DNA from: Candidatus Latescibacterota bacterium
Lineage (GTDB): Bacteria; Latescibacterota; UBA2968; UBA8231
Reading direction: 5' to 3'
Length of the DNA stretch: 64,000 bases
Assembly (NCBI GenBank): GCA_965200315.1
Contig: OZ241362.1
Location: 4,128,001 to 4,192,000 of the forward strand
Shown here: piece by piece, positions 19,599-29,556 of the stretch
Layout of the letters: every line of letters starts with the position of its first letter
How positions within the stretch are numbered: position 1 is the first letter of the stretch
Made by a program: the position numbers and the translations under genes
Notes under the pieces: generated by a model
What the model was told of the DNA's origin: nothing
The model's input: only the letters and a program-made list of their open reading frames with translations
The model's database searches: none

Positions 19599-20237
19599 TC
19601 AGCGCAACCGCTCCACTTCGTCCACCACCTCTCGCACCGAGCCTAGCACTCTATACGCCGGCGAAAAATCGCCGTGTTGCGACAACGCATTCGGCAGGAC
19701 CAGTACGCGCAACCCGGCCTTTGCGGCGGCGGCGCATCCCCGCTCAGAATCCTCCACGGCAACAGAGGTCGCAGGGTCTAACCCATGCAGCCGCATGGCC
19801 GTCAAGTACGCATCGGGATGGGGCTTTGCTTCTTTGTAGTCTTCCCGCGTGACCACAAACTCGAAAAACTGGAGCAAATTCGTCTGGGCGTGAATAATGT
19901 CAAAGTGATCTTTCCGCGACCCGGTCACCACTCCCATAAGCACACGCCCGTGTAATATCCTGAGCGTCTCCACCACCCCATCCAAAACCCGCACATTTTC
20001 ACTCAGCAACGCGCTGTAGCGCACATTGCGCTGCAAGCGCAACCGATCAATTAATTCAGCATCTTGAGCGGGCAATAAGTCAAACACACTTTGTCCCTTT
20101 TGCAACGACTGCTCAACAAAATCCTCCTGAGTCAGCTCGATGCCTTGCGTTGCCATGACCTCCCGTCCCGCCTGAAAGTACAGCCCCTCGGTATCCACCA
20201 ACACGCCGTCGTTGTCCCACAAAATCGCACGAATCAC
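19599..20237 (-). CDS. HAD-superfamily phosphatase
   Basis: WDNDGVLVDTE, KPHPD, VEDS. Confidence 0.9.
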   Translation of the reverse strand: MIRAILWDNDGVLVDTEGLYFQAGREVMATQGIELTQEDFVEQSLQKGQSVFDLLPAQDAELIDRLRLQRNVRYSALLSENVRVLDGVVETLRILHGRVLMGVVTGSRKDHFDIIHAQTNLLQFFEFVVTREDYKEAKPHPDAYLTAMRLHGLDPATSVAVEDSERGCAAAAKAGLRVLVLPNALSQHGDFSPAYRVLGSVREVVDEVERLR

Positions 20238-20587
20238 GAGTTCCTCTTCAGCACTTCCACCGCCAAATCGGGAGCACCTTCCCAGAAGCTATCGGGTACG
20301 CCCGTAGCGGGGATGCGCTCGTTTAGTACGAGGGCGACATCGGCAGTGCGCACCGTATCGGGATTGGTCGTCAGTTTGAATCCGGTTTCTGCGGCAAACA
20401 CCAGCCCAATGCCCTGCTGCTCCGCCCAATTGCCCAGCAACCGCCCTATGCGATGGGCAACGACGCCGTGTTTGCCTCCTGTCGGACTCATCCTTATCCC
20501 CTCCCCGCGAATCAGTTCACAGCGATAGCCATCGCCTTGCTCGTCCACGAGACGAGCGGCTGTCACAAGATGGTTGATGGTCTCCAT
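20234..20587 (-). pseudogene. Uma2-family endonuclease, C-terminally truncated
   Basis: ELIRG...SP...HG...APDLAVEVL, then stops; about one third of the usual domain is missing. Confidence 0.75.
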
Positions 20588-20605
20588 GGCAAGCCTTCTT
20601 TTGAG

Positions 20606-22669
20606 TCACCGCACGACCGCGATTTTGTCCTTCATCAGCAGAGTGCCTTCGGGGGAGTGGATCGTATAGATATAGACGCCGTTGCCGACTAGGGTATTGG
20701 CGTGGTTGACCCCGTACCATAGCACCTCATGGGCCCAAGCCCCTAAGCGCCGTTGCGCGTCGTCGTCCTCAATGGCTTCCCACACTAGATCGCCCGCAGG
20801 CCCAAAGACCCGCACCGCGGATTTGAGGGGTACGCCACTGAAGCGGAGTGCGCTACCGCTGCCAATGGGGAAAGGGTTGGGAAAGACCGCTATCTTCGAC
20901 TGCGGCACGAGATACACGCGCTGGAAGACGCGGTTGTCCGCCTCGCTGACCTCGCTGATTTGCCCTTCTGCATCGACCTCGATCAAAAAGACCATATCGC
21001 CAAATCGCTGCCAGGGAATGTGCAATTCCGCGCTCGCGCCCGAGGCCAATCCCTCTAGGGCCTGCGTCCGGTGGACGACCTCACACCGGCTGGAGTCCAG
21101 CGCACATTGCGAAACCTGCACCGAGAAGCTGCTGGCGACCGCGCCCAGCCCAATGTTGCTGACGCGGACCCGGAGAGCGTCCGTGCGGTCGCCGCGTAGG
21201 TCGCCGGTGAAGACCGCTAAGTTCGGTGTGCCTTCTCCCAACCCGTACTCGGCTAACGTCGCCACGGCTAGCTGAGTGGTGCGGCTCACTAGCTCCCAGT
21301 TGATACTGTCGGGCAAATCGACGACTGAGTGGTATTGCGAGTTGATGCGGTATCGGCCCTCGCGGACTCCGTACGTCGTCGAGTCGGTGGGCAGGTAATT
21401 TTCAATGCCGAGGATGGCGTCGTAGCCCCGCACCCAGAACGGCGCGTGATCGCTGAGACGCGCTCCGCCGTCTTCGAGCAAGTCGATGTTGAGGCCGATG
21501 GCATAGCGCTCGGCTACGGATGCCATCTGATCGGCCAGCCAGTGCGAGCCTGGATTTGTCACCAGCTCTAGTCGCTGTTGCAAGTCGTTGAAGCCGATCA
21601 TGTCGAAGTTGAGGACGCCGAGAATCAGGTCTTCGCGGTCAGCGGCTAAGGAGACATACGCTTGGCTGCCCAACAGCCCCAGTTCCTCGCCCGACCAAGC
21701 AATAAATAAGATGGACCAGGGGAAGCGCTGCCCGGCTAGCAGCTTCGCGCTCTCTATGACTAAGGCCACGCCGCTGGCATTGTCGTCGGCTCCAGGCGCG
21801 GGGTCGCGTTGCCAGTCCCAACCCCCGGCCGAGCGCGCACCCGTGGCGTCGTAGTGGGCGCAGACTATGTAGTACCCGGCCTCCGGGTCGGTGCCCGCCA
21901 GTGTGCCGATGACGTTGTAGGCGGTGGTGTCGTTGGGTGCATGTCCTCGGTTGCCCCGACGCGAGGTGTGGGAGGTGACGCGCCGTGAGTCAATGGGGAA
22001 GGAATGCAACTCGACCGCTCCGTCGCCGAGGACTGCGGCCAATTGCGAGCGGATGTACTCGGTTGATTCGAGCATCTCTGGATGCACGGCAAAGCGGCTG
22101 CGGCTGTTGCCGGGGACGCTGCCTAACGCCGGGTCTTTCAGCGCGAGGGCTTCAACGTGGGTTTGCAAGCGCTCGGCTGCGACTTCCTCGATGAGGGCGA
22201 CTACCGCTGGCGAGGCCGTTTGCAGGGCCTTGGGCGCGCGCCTCGGCGCACCTAACCACCCGTCTAGACTGTAGTTATTGGGCAGCGGCCAGAGGAAGTG
22301 GGGCCCCTCGTGCAAGGGGGCGTTTGGCCCTACCCGCAAGAGCACCCATTCGCCTCCCCCAGCGAAGACCAACTCGACGTCTTGGGGCAGGGGAAGATCG
22401 AGGTGATCGGCGACAAAATAGCGGTCGCCCGCCCGCGGTCGGTCGAGGCAGAGGATGGTAAACCCCCGCTTGGTGAACTCCGCAACCACACTTTCGCTGG
22501 CCTCGACGAAAGCCACGCCCCGCGCCACGTAGCGCACCTGCTCGCTCAGCGCGGCGATTGCAGTTAGATCGCTCGGTGCCTTCCAAGACACGCCGACCAA
22601 GGGTGGATTGGCGAAGGCCGCGCTAACAAAAAAAAGAGAGGCGTACAACGCCCCTTTAGCTGTGTTCAT
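20606..22669 (-). CDS. Secreted M28 metallopeptidase with CARDB-like and FlgD/T9SS-like C-terminal domains
   Basis: Signal peptide, AHYD, GADDNASG, GEELGL, SDH; VD...ISEVSEADN; VFPNPF...GVYIY. Confidence 0.85.
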   Translation of the reverse strand: MNTAKGALYASLFFVSAAFANPPLVGVSWKAPSDLTAIAALSEQVRYVARGVAFVEASESVVAEFTKRGFTILCLDRPRAGDRYFVADHLDLPLPQDVELVFAGGGEWVLLRVGPNAPLHEGPHFLWPLPNNYSLDGWLGAPRRAPKALQTASPAVVALIEEVAAERLQTHVEALALKDPALGSVPGNSRSRFAVHPEMLESTEYIRSQLAAVLGDGAVELHSFPIDSRRVTSHTSRRGNRGHAPNDTTAYNVIGTLAGTDPEAGYYIVCAHYDATGARSAGGWDWQRDPAPGADDNASGVALVIESAKLLAGQRFPWSILFIAWSGEELGLLGSQAYVSLAADREDLILGVLNFDMIGFNDLQQRLELVTNPGSHWLADQMASVAERYAIGLNIDLLEDGGARLSDHAPFWVRGYDAILGIENYLPTDSTTYGVREGRYRINSQYHSVVDLPDSINWELVSRTTQLAVATLAEYGLGEGTPNLAVFTGDLRGDRTDALRVRVSNIGLGAVASSFSVQVSQCALDSSRCEVVHRTQALEGLASGASAELHIPWQRFGDMVFLIEVDAEGQISEVSEADNRVFQRVYLVPQSKIAVFPNPFPIGSGSALRFSGVPLKSAVRVFGPAGDLVWEAIEDDDAQRRLGAWAHEVLWYGVNHANTLVGNGVYIYTIHSPEGTLLMKDKIAVVR

Positions 22670-22741
22670 GGCTAGCTTACTTGTTGAGAAACAAAACGTT
22701 AGGGAACCTACTTTGCGCGTCAGGCCCTGTCAAGAACAAAT

Positions 22742-23683
22742 TTGTCCGCGTGCTTTGGCCACCAAAAACCGCTTGGCGGTGAATCTCTTGAGTTGCTTTT
22801 ATATGAACTTTTACTCTTACACAAACGGAAACTCTTGGCACAGCTCAGCGCCTTTGTTCTCCTGCCCCGGCCACTCAACGGCCTGATTACAGCTCTGTCG
22901 GTCGGCATTGGCGCTTTGACCGCAGATCAGGCCCCGGCTTGGTCTGCCATTTTGCTCGCCGCTCTTTCCGCCGCGTTAATCAATGGTGCTGGCAATGCCT
23001 TCAACGATTTGATGGACATTGACGTTGACCGCATCAACCGCCCGCTGCGTCCTTTGCCTGCCGGTCGCCTCAGCCCAAATGCGGCTCGAATAGAAAGTCT
23101 GCTTCTCTCCCTAGCCGGCTGCGTGCTCGCATTTTGGCTCAGCCTTTGGCACGGGTTGATCTCCCTAGTTGTTGTGGTCTTACTCGCCATCTATAGCATC
23201 TCCTTAAAACATAGCCTACTGTGGGGCAATGTGCTCGTCGCCTTTGTCGGGGCTATCGCCTTTCCCTATGGTGCCTTGGCCGCTGGCTATATTGGCCGCT
23301 CGTGGATTCCGGCGCTTTTTGCTTTCCTCTTTCACTTGGGGCGGGAAGTCGTCAAGGACATCGAGGACGTGGCTGGGGATCAGCTCCGCGGCGCACGCAC
23401 CTTGCCTCTGTGGTGGGGACGGCCCCAAGCTGGGGTGCTGGCGGGTATTGTTTATGTGGTCTTGGTCGGGTTTACTTGGATGCCGTTTTTCACGGGCATC
23501 TACGGTGCGTTCTATGCGCTCGCGTTGTTGCCGGTCCATGCCTTGGTCGGCTACGTCTGCTGGCAATTGTATCGCCAACGCGCAGTGTTGACCGACGACC
23601 GCCTCGGCCGCTTGCTCAAAGTCGGCATGTTCTTGGGGCTTGTTGCCATTGTCGTCGGGGAGGCCGTCTTTGCTTTGGGCTAG
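22742..23683 (+). CDS. UbiA prenyltransferase, DGGGP-synthase-like
   Basis: RPLN, GNAFNDLMDIDVDRINRPLRPLPAGR, REVVKDIEDVAGD. True start probably downstream of 22742. Confidence 0.8.
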   Translation: MSACFGHQKPLGGESLELLLYELLLLHKRKLLAQLSAFVLLPRPLNGLITALSVGIGALTADQAPAWSAILLAALSAALINGAGNAFNDLMDIDVDRINRPLRPLPAGRLSPNAARIESLLLSLAGCVLAFWLSLWHGLISLVVVVLLAIYSISLKHSLLWGNVLVAFVGAIAFPYGALAAGYIGRSWIPALFAFLFHLGREVVKDIEDVAGDQLRGARTLPLWWGRPQAGVLAGIVYVVLVGFTWMPFFTGIYGAFYALALLPVHALVGYVCWQLYRQRAVLTDDRLGRLLKVGMFLGLVAIVVGEAVFALG

Positions 23684-23722
23684 TCGCTGCCGATATTATG
23701 GAGCTACCGAAAGGAGCTAAAT

Positions 23723-24856
23723 ATGAGAATCACCGACGTCAAAACCTTTCCCATCTGCCACGGATCGCGCAACTACCTCTTCGTCAAAGTCGAAACCGAC
23801 GCGGGCTTGTACGGCGTCGGCGAGTTTGGCATTACTTGGAAGGAGCAGGCCGGCGTGGGCGCTATCGAGCACATGAAGCGCCACATCATCGGCTTGGATC
23901 CGCTTAACACCGAGTACATTTGGCAACTGTTGTTCCGCGTCGATTTCTTCCCCGGTGGTCGGATCAACGCGGCCGCTATGTCGGCCATTGACATCGCGTT
24001 GTGGGACATCAAGGGCAAGGCACTCGGGCAGCCCGTGTACATGCTCTTGGGCGGCAAGATGCGCGAGCGCGTCTTCTGCTACACCGGTATCGGCGGCAAG
24101 ACGCCCGCAGACACAGCCCGCGCGGCCCGAGAACGGGTTGCCGAGGGCTGGAAGTACCTGCGGATGTCGGTCTTTGACCGCGACGGCATCCTCGAACCGC
24201 GCACGGCTGTCCGCGATTCAATCGCCCATTTCGCCGCTGCACGCGAGGCCGTCGGCCCGGAAATCGAAATTTGCATTGACGTCCACACCCGCCTCGATCC
24301 GCCCGACACCATCCGCCTCGGCCGCCAGCTCGAGGAATACGATCCCTTCTTCATCGAAGATCCGCTGCGCTGCGAAAACCCCCAGACCTATCGCCAGGTG
24401 CGCCATCACGTTAGCTGTCCGCTGGCTGTCGGCGAGCACTACGCGACCAAGTGGGAGTTTCGGCAGATGATCGAAGAGGAGCTGATGGACTATGCGCGGA
24501 TTGATCTGTGCATAGTCGGCGGGCTGACTGAGGCGCGCAAAGTAGCCAACTGGTGCGAGACCCACTACATCAAGATCGTCCCGCACAATCCCCTCGGCCC
24601 GGTCTCGGCCGCAGCCTGTGCCCACCTCGACATTGCCTGCGACAATTTCGCCGTGCAGGAAGGCGGCCTCGTTGGCCACACCGTGATGGAGGATGTCTTT
24701 CCGGTGCAACTGCCCTATGAGTCCGGCTGTCTGTTGCCGCCGGAGCTACCCGGTTTGGGAATAGAATTCAACGATGAAGCTGCCGAGCACTACGAGTTCA
24801 AATGGCTCGGCGGCCCGATCTTGCGCCGTGAAGACGGCTCATTCACTAATTGGTAG
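23723..24856 (+). CDS. Mandelate racemase / galactonate dehydratase-like enolase-superfamily protein
   Basis: SAIDIALWDIKGK..GQPVY.LLGG, IDVH, FIEDP, PHNP. Confidence 0.9.
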   Translation: MRITDVKTFPICHGSRNYLFVKVETDAGLYGVGEFGITWKEQAGVGAIEHMKRHIIGLDPLNTEYIWQLLFRVDFFPGGRINAAAMSAIDIALWDIKGKALGQPVYMLLGGKMRERVFCYTGIGGKTPADTARAARERVAEGWKYLRMSVFDRDGILEPRTAVRDSIAHFAAAREAVGPEIEICIDVHTRLDPPDTIRLGRQLEEYDPFFIEDPLRCENPQTYRQVRHHVSCPLAVGEHYATKWEFRQMIEEELMDYARIDLCIVGGLTEARKVANWCETHYIKIVPHNPLGPVSAAACAHLDIACDNFAVQEGGLVGHTVMEDVFPVQLPYESGCLLPPELPGLGIEFNDEAAEHYEFKWLGGPILRREDGSFTNW

Positions 24857-24861
24857 CATCT

Positions 24862-26190
24862 ATGTCCAACAGAAGAGACCTGATCCCGCCGCGGACCCTC
24901 AAGGGCTTCCGCGACTTTCCCCCGGCCTTAGCCATGCCGCGCGAGGAACTGATCGACAAGGCCCGCGCGGTTTTCCGCTCCTACGGCTTCGCTCCTATCG
25001 ACACGCCCGCGCTTGAATACAGCGAGATACTCACTGGCAAAGGCGGCGACGAGAGCGACAAGCAGATGTATCGCTTTGCAGATCACGGCGGCCGCGACGT
25101 GGCGCTGCGCTTTGACCTGACTGTGCCCTTTGCCCGCTTCGCCGCCCAGTATATCGGCCAACTCGGCACCCCCTTCAAGCGCTATCACATTGGCCCGGTC
25201 TGGCGCGGCGAGAACACTCAGCACGGCCGCTACCGAGAGTTCTACCAGTGCGACTTCGACACCATCGGCACCGATGCCAACGCTGCGGATATCGAAACGG
25301 TGCTCGTCATCCACGACCTGCTGGCGGCCTTGGGCTTTGAGCGCTTCGCCATCCACGTCAACAATCGCCTAATCCTCAACGGCCTACTCGAATCGCTCGG
25401 CTTGGCCGAGGCGTCGGCAGCTATCCTCCGCGCTCTCGACAAGTTGCAGAAAATTGGCGCGGAAAAGGTCGCCGCTGAGATGAGCGAGACGGCGTCGGTT
25501 TCCGTTGAACAGGCCGAGCACATCTTGGCTACGGTGCAGACTGCAGGCGCGAATGCCGAGATTCTCGACCAGACCGAGCGTTCCTTCGGCGACCATGATC
25601 GCGTCGCCGAGGGGATTGCCAACCTGCGCCAACTCGTGGCCGCTTTTGAGGGTGCCGGTTTTCCCCAAGATCGTTTGGCGATTGACCTGTCCATTGCGCG
25701 TGGTCTCGATTACTACACTGGCACCGTCTATGAGACCTTGCTCGGCGATCGGCCGGCGATCGGCTCGGTCTGTAGCGGCGGGCGCTACGACGATTTGGCC
25801 GGCCTCTACACCAAGCAGCACCTGCCCGGCGTTGGAGCTTCTCTGGGGTTAGATCGGCTGATGGCCGCGATGGAAGCGCTGGGGCTTTTGCCGGACACCG
25901 CCACATCCGCCGACGTCTTCATCGTCCAGTTCTCCGCCGAAGCCCTCCCATCCTACATCGCCCTTGCGCACCGCCTGCGGCAAGCTGGCTTCCGCACTGA
26001 ACTGTATCCAGAGGCCAAAGGCATGGGCCGGCAGCTCAAATACGCCGACCGCAAGGGTTTTCCCATCGCCCTGATTGGCGGCCCGGACGAATTGGAGAAG
26101 GGCGTCTGGCAGGTGAAGGATATGCGCGATGGATCGAGCACTGACGTGCAAGACGACGAACTGGTGTCCTACTTGCAGGCGAAGCGGTAA
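24862..26190 (+). CDS. hisS: Histidine--tRNA ligase
   Basis: LKGFRDF, LRFDLTVP, GRYREFYQCDFD, ARGLDYYTG, GGRYDDL. Confidence 0.97.
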   Translation: MSNRRDLIPPRTLKGFRDFPPALAMPREELIDKARAVFRSYGFAPIDTPALEYSEILTGKGGDESDKQMYRFADHGGRDVALRFDLTVPFARFAAQYIGQLGTPFKRYHIGPVWRGENTQHGRYREFYQCDFDTIGTDANAADIETVLVIHDLLAALGFERFAIHVNNRLILNGLLESLGLAEASAAILRALDKLQKIGAEKVAAEMSETASVSVEQAEHILATVQTAGANAEILDQTERSFGDHDRVAEGIANLRQLVAAFEGAGFPQDRLAIDLSIARGLDYYTGTVYETLLGDRPAIGSVCSGGRYDDLAGLYTKQHLPGVGASLGLDRLMAAMEALGLLPDTATSADVFIVQFSAEALPSYIALAHRLRQAGFRTELYPEAKGMGRQLKYADRKGFPIALIGGPDELEKGVWQVKDMRDGSSTDVQDDELVSYLQAKR

Positions 26191-26217
26191 GCTACACCCA
26201 ATCAAAAGAGGAATGCT

Positions 26218-27189
26218 GTGAACATCGGACTCTGCGCTTGGAGCTTCACCGGCGCTCACAAAGAAGCTAACCGCGCCATTGACCCTCACACCCCCGCGGG
26301 CCTGACGTGCCTAGCCCGCGACAACGGCCTCCACAGCGTCGAATTCGCGTCCCAATGGCTGGGCGACTGCTCGCCCGAGGAGCGGGCAGTTTTTGCCGAG
26401 ACGCGCACCGGTCTCGACCTATTCTTGGACACCGGCGGAGACAACTACTCTGTAGATATTGCGCCGTTGCGCCAAGCCATTGAAACGGCGCACCAAGCCG
26501 GTGCCCGCGCCGTGCGCACCACCGTCAGCCGCCTCCTCGAAGGCAACCGCACCGAGTATGGTCTCGAGGGGATGCGGGACTACATTGCAGCCTTGGTCCA
26601 GCCCTTCAAAGAAGTCATGCCGCTCGCTGAGGAATACGGCATCCCAGTGGGCATTGAAAACCACCAAGATTTGTGTTCGTGGGAATTGTTGTCGCTATGC
26701 GAAAAGGTCAGCAGTCCGCAACTCGGCGTCACCATGGACGTAGGCAATGCCCTTGCCGTCGGTGAGCATCCCCTAGCGTTTGCCGAGCGCATCTTGCCGA
26801 TCCTCAAGCACATCCACATCAAGGACTACACGGTCCACCCCACCCCCTCGGGCTATCGCCTCAAGCGCTGCGCCATCGGCGACGGGGTTGTCGATTGGCC
26901 GGAGATCATTGCGCTATTCGACCGCGAGGTGCCACACATCCAAGGCTGTATTGAACTCGGCGCGAGCGTCGCCCGCCACATTCGCCTGTTGGAAGAGGAC
27001 TGGTGGGTGACCTTTCCCGAGCGACCTTTCCACGAAGCGATACGTGCCATACGCACCCTGCATCAGGCGGCTGGCGACCCAGACGATTGGCAGACGCCGC
27101 ACGAGCGCGGGGAGAATGTGGACGTTCGGGTCGCTTATGAACTGGAGCAGTTTGAACGCTCGGTCGCCTACGTAAAGGAATCCCTGTAA
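26218..27189 (+). CDS. Sugar phosphate isomerase/epimerase (xylose-isomerase-like TIM barrel)
   Basis: GIENHQD, DVGN, HIHIKD, IGDGVVDW. Confidence 0.85.
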   Translation: MNIGLCAWSFTGAHKEANRAIDPHTPAGLTCLARDNGLHSVEFASQWLGDCSPEERAVFAETRTGLDLFLDTGGDNYSVDIAPLRQAIETAHQAGARAVRTTVSRLLEGNRTEYGLEGMRDYIAALVQPFKEVMPLAEEYGIPVGIENHQDLCSWELLSLCEKVSSPQLGVTMDVGNALAVGEHPLAFAERILPILKHIHIKDYTVHPTPSGYRLKRCAIGDGVVDWPEIIALFDREVPHIQGCIELGASVARHIRLLEEDWWVTFPERPFHEAIRAIRTLHQAAGDPDDWQTPHERGENVDVRVAYELEQFERSVAYVKESL

Positions 27190-27223
27190 ACCGTTCTTTC
27201 CCTTTCAACCGAAAGCTAAAACC

Positions 27224-28735
27224 ATGCCCGACCGCCCCAATATCCTCTTCATCATCTCCGACCAACTCATTGCCGCCCTGACCGCTGCCTACGGCCATCC
27301 AGTCGTCCAGACGCCGCACTTGAATCGCCTCGCGGCCGAAGGCGTCCGCTTTGACTCGGCCTATACGCCTTTTCCCTTGTGTGCTCCGGGCCGCGCCTGC
27401 ATCACCAGCGGACGCCACGCCTCCGAAATCGGTGCTTGGGACAACGGCGCGCTTTTGGCCGCGGATGTGCCGTCGTACGCCCACTACCTCAGCAACGCAG
27501 GCTACGACACCGTGCTTTCAGGCAAGATGCACTTCGTCGGCCCGGACCAGCTGCACGGCTTCCACCGCCGGCTGACGACCGACATCTATCCGCCCGACTT
27601 CTCGTGGGTCAAGGAAGAGTGGATCCGCATCAAGGAGACCAAGGGGGAGGACTACGAAGAGGTCATGGGCAGCCGCCCCACGTACAACGCCGGTGGCTAC
27701 ACCGGCCAAGCCGTGCGCGTCAACTTCTGGCACAACGCCCTCAGCTACGACGAAGAGACGCACTTCCGCGCCGTCGAATACCTCCGCGCCCAACGCGGCG
27801 ACTCCCCCTTCTTGCTCTGCGCCTCCTTCCACCACCCGCACGAGCCGTTCCACCCGCCGCAGGCGTACTGGGACCGCTACGCCGACGCCGAGATTGCCAT
27901 CCCGGAATTCCCGGCCCACCTCGATGAGACCTACTCGGCGCTGGATCGCTGGCTCAACGCCTACCACGGCACTCGCCGCTTCAACTTGCGCGCCCCGGCG
28001 AGTCTGCGCCGCCTGCGCCGTGCGTACTACGGCTTGGTGACGTACCTCGACGACAAGGTCGGTGGCCTGCTTGCGACGCTGGAGGAAACCGGCTTGCTCG
28101 ACAATACGGTCGTGGTCTTTACCTCCGACCACGGCGACATGCTGTGCGAAAAGGAGATGGTGCAGAAGCGCTGTTTTTACGAGTGGTCCTGCCGCGTCCC
28201 CCTCATCGTCCGCTTCCCCGACCAGTGGCAGGCCGGCACCACCGTCGAAACACCGACCTCGCTCCTCGACCTGCTGCCGACCTTTTGCGAGTTGGCCGGT
28301 GCCGAGGCGAGCTTGCCCCACGATGGCAGCAGCCTCTTGCCGATTATTGAGGGCCGCAGCGCCGACCGGCACATCTTCGCCCAAGCCCACGAAGCGGTCG
28401 GCGCACCTTGCATCATGGTCCGCGAGGGCCGGTTCAAATACAATTACATCCACGGCCACCAGCCGCAGCTTTTTGACTTGGAGAGCGATCCCGGCGAGTG
28501 GAACAACCTCGCCGGCACAGCCGAACACGCCGCAACTGAAACGCGCCTGCGCGGGCTGATCCTCGACCGCTTTGACCCCGACAAAATGGCCGCCGACAAC
28601 CTCGCCAGCCTCTATCGCCGCCGCCTAATCCGCGACGCGATGTACAAGCACGACGACTCGTGGAACTACACTACTACCTTTGATCCGAGGCGCGGGGCAC
28701 TCGACCAGTATCGCCTTATGGCTGGAGAGAAGTAA
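27224..28735 (+). CDS. Choline-sulfatase-like Cys-type sulfatase
   Basis: PNILFIISDQ, CAPGRA (CxPxR), GKMHFVGPDQLHGF, SDHGDML. Confidence 0.88.
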   Translation: MPDRPNILFIISDQLIAALTAAYGHPVVQTPHLNRLAAEGVRFDSAYTPFPLCAPGRACITSGRHASEIGAWDNGALLAADVPSYAHYLSNAGYDTVLSGKMHFVGPDQLHGFHRRLTTDIYPPDFSWVKEEWIRIKETKGEDYEEVMGSRPTYNAGGYTGQAVRVNFWHNALSYDEETHFRAVEYLRAQRGDSPFLLCASFHHPHEPFHPPQAYWDRYADAEIAIPEFPAHLDETYSALDRWLNAYHGTRRFNLRAPASLRRLRRAYYGLVTYLDDKVGGLLATLEETGLLDNTVVVFTSDHGDMLCEKEMVQKRCFYEWSCRVPLIVRFPDQWQAGTTVETPTSLLDLLPTFCELAGAEASLPHDGSSLLPIIEGRSADRHIFAQAHEAVGAPCIMVREGRFKYNYIHGHQPQLFDLESDPGEWNNLAGTAEHAATETRLRGLILDRFDPDKMAADNLASLYRRRLIRDAMYKHDDSWNYTTTFDPRRGALDQYRLMAGEK

Positions 28736-28816
28736 GGACCATCCAATACAAAAGCTAGATTCAGAGCCTTATTGCAGAGGAGCGATAAGGCTATAAGGCA
28801 GCATAGAACGGATAAA

Positions 28817-28843
28817 GGGGCGAACACATAGGTTCGCCCCTAC
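28817..28843 (-). repeat. GTAG-family REP-like palindrome
   Basis: Reverse complement GTAGGGGCGAACCTATGTGTTCGCCCC: GTAG plus hairpin. Confidence 0.7.
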
Positions 28844-28870
28844 AGAAGACATAAATCATTCACACGGAAA

Positions 28871-29047
28871 CGACGGCATACGAAATCGGCGACATACGAG
28901 ACCGACGACATACGAGACCGACGACATACGAGACCGACGACATGCGAGATTCGGCGGCATACGAAATCGGCGACATACGAGACCGGACAAATGCGAGACC
29001 GACGACATACGAGACCGACGACATACGAAATCGGACAAATACGAAAT
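28871..29047 (+). repeat. Tandem array of about 11 x 16-bp units (consensus CGACGACATACGAGAC)
   Basis: Directly visible degenerate tandem repeat. Confidence 0.9.
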
Positions 29048-29048
29048 C

Positions 29049-29075
29049 GTAGGGACAGACCTATGTGTCTGTCCC
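29049..29075 (+). repeat. GTAG-family REP-like palindrome
   Basis: GTAGGGACAGACCTATGTGTCTGTCCC; same loop as 28817-28843 with compensatory stem changes. Confidence 0.7.
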
Positions 29076-29115
29076 AAAACTTCGGATACATCTTTAGCTG
29101 CATTTATCGCCGTAA

Positions 29116-29550
29116 CTAATCGACGGCTTATCAGCATCGTGGAATTATCCCACCATCTTCGTCAATCCTCCATACGGCAGAGACCGCAAGCGAGGCACCA
29201 CGATTCGAGATTGGCTGCGAAAATGTAGCGAGGCTCACGCGCAACATGGCGTTGAGGTACTCTCCCTTGTGCCTGTCGCCACGAATACTCGCCACTGGAA
29301 ACAATACGTGTTTGGCGCGGCTACGGCGGTCGCATTTCTCTACGACACCCGGCTGCGCTTCCTCGTAAACGGGACGGACGGCGGCAAGGGTGCGCCCATG
29401 TCCTGCGCGATGGTCTATTGGGGGCCGCAGTACGAGCGCTTTGAAGAGATATTCATCCGCTTCGGGGCGGTGGTTGACGTGCGGCATCTACACGGGAAGC
29501 TCGTTGGCACGGGCGAGCACCTCAATCTATTCCACGACGCAGAAAACTAA
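29116..29550 (+). pseudogene. Phage-Dam-like N6-adenine DNA methyltransferase, 5'-truncated
   Basis: Frame opens after TAA 29113-29115 without a start codon: DGLSASW...IFVNPPYG...LVPVATNTRHW...RLRF. Confidence 0.75.
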
Positions 29551-29556
29551 TCGCCG

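Noticed and set aside
28871-29047. Possible CRISPR array or short ORFs (28840-29137)
   Set aside because: Units are contiguous 16-mers with no unique spacers; the ORFs are just translations of the repeat.
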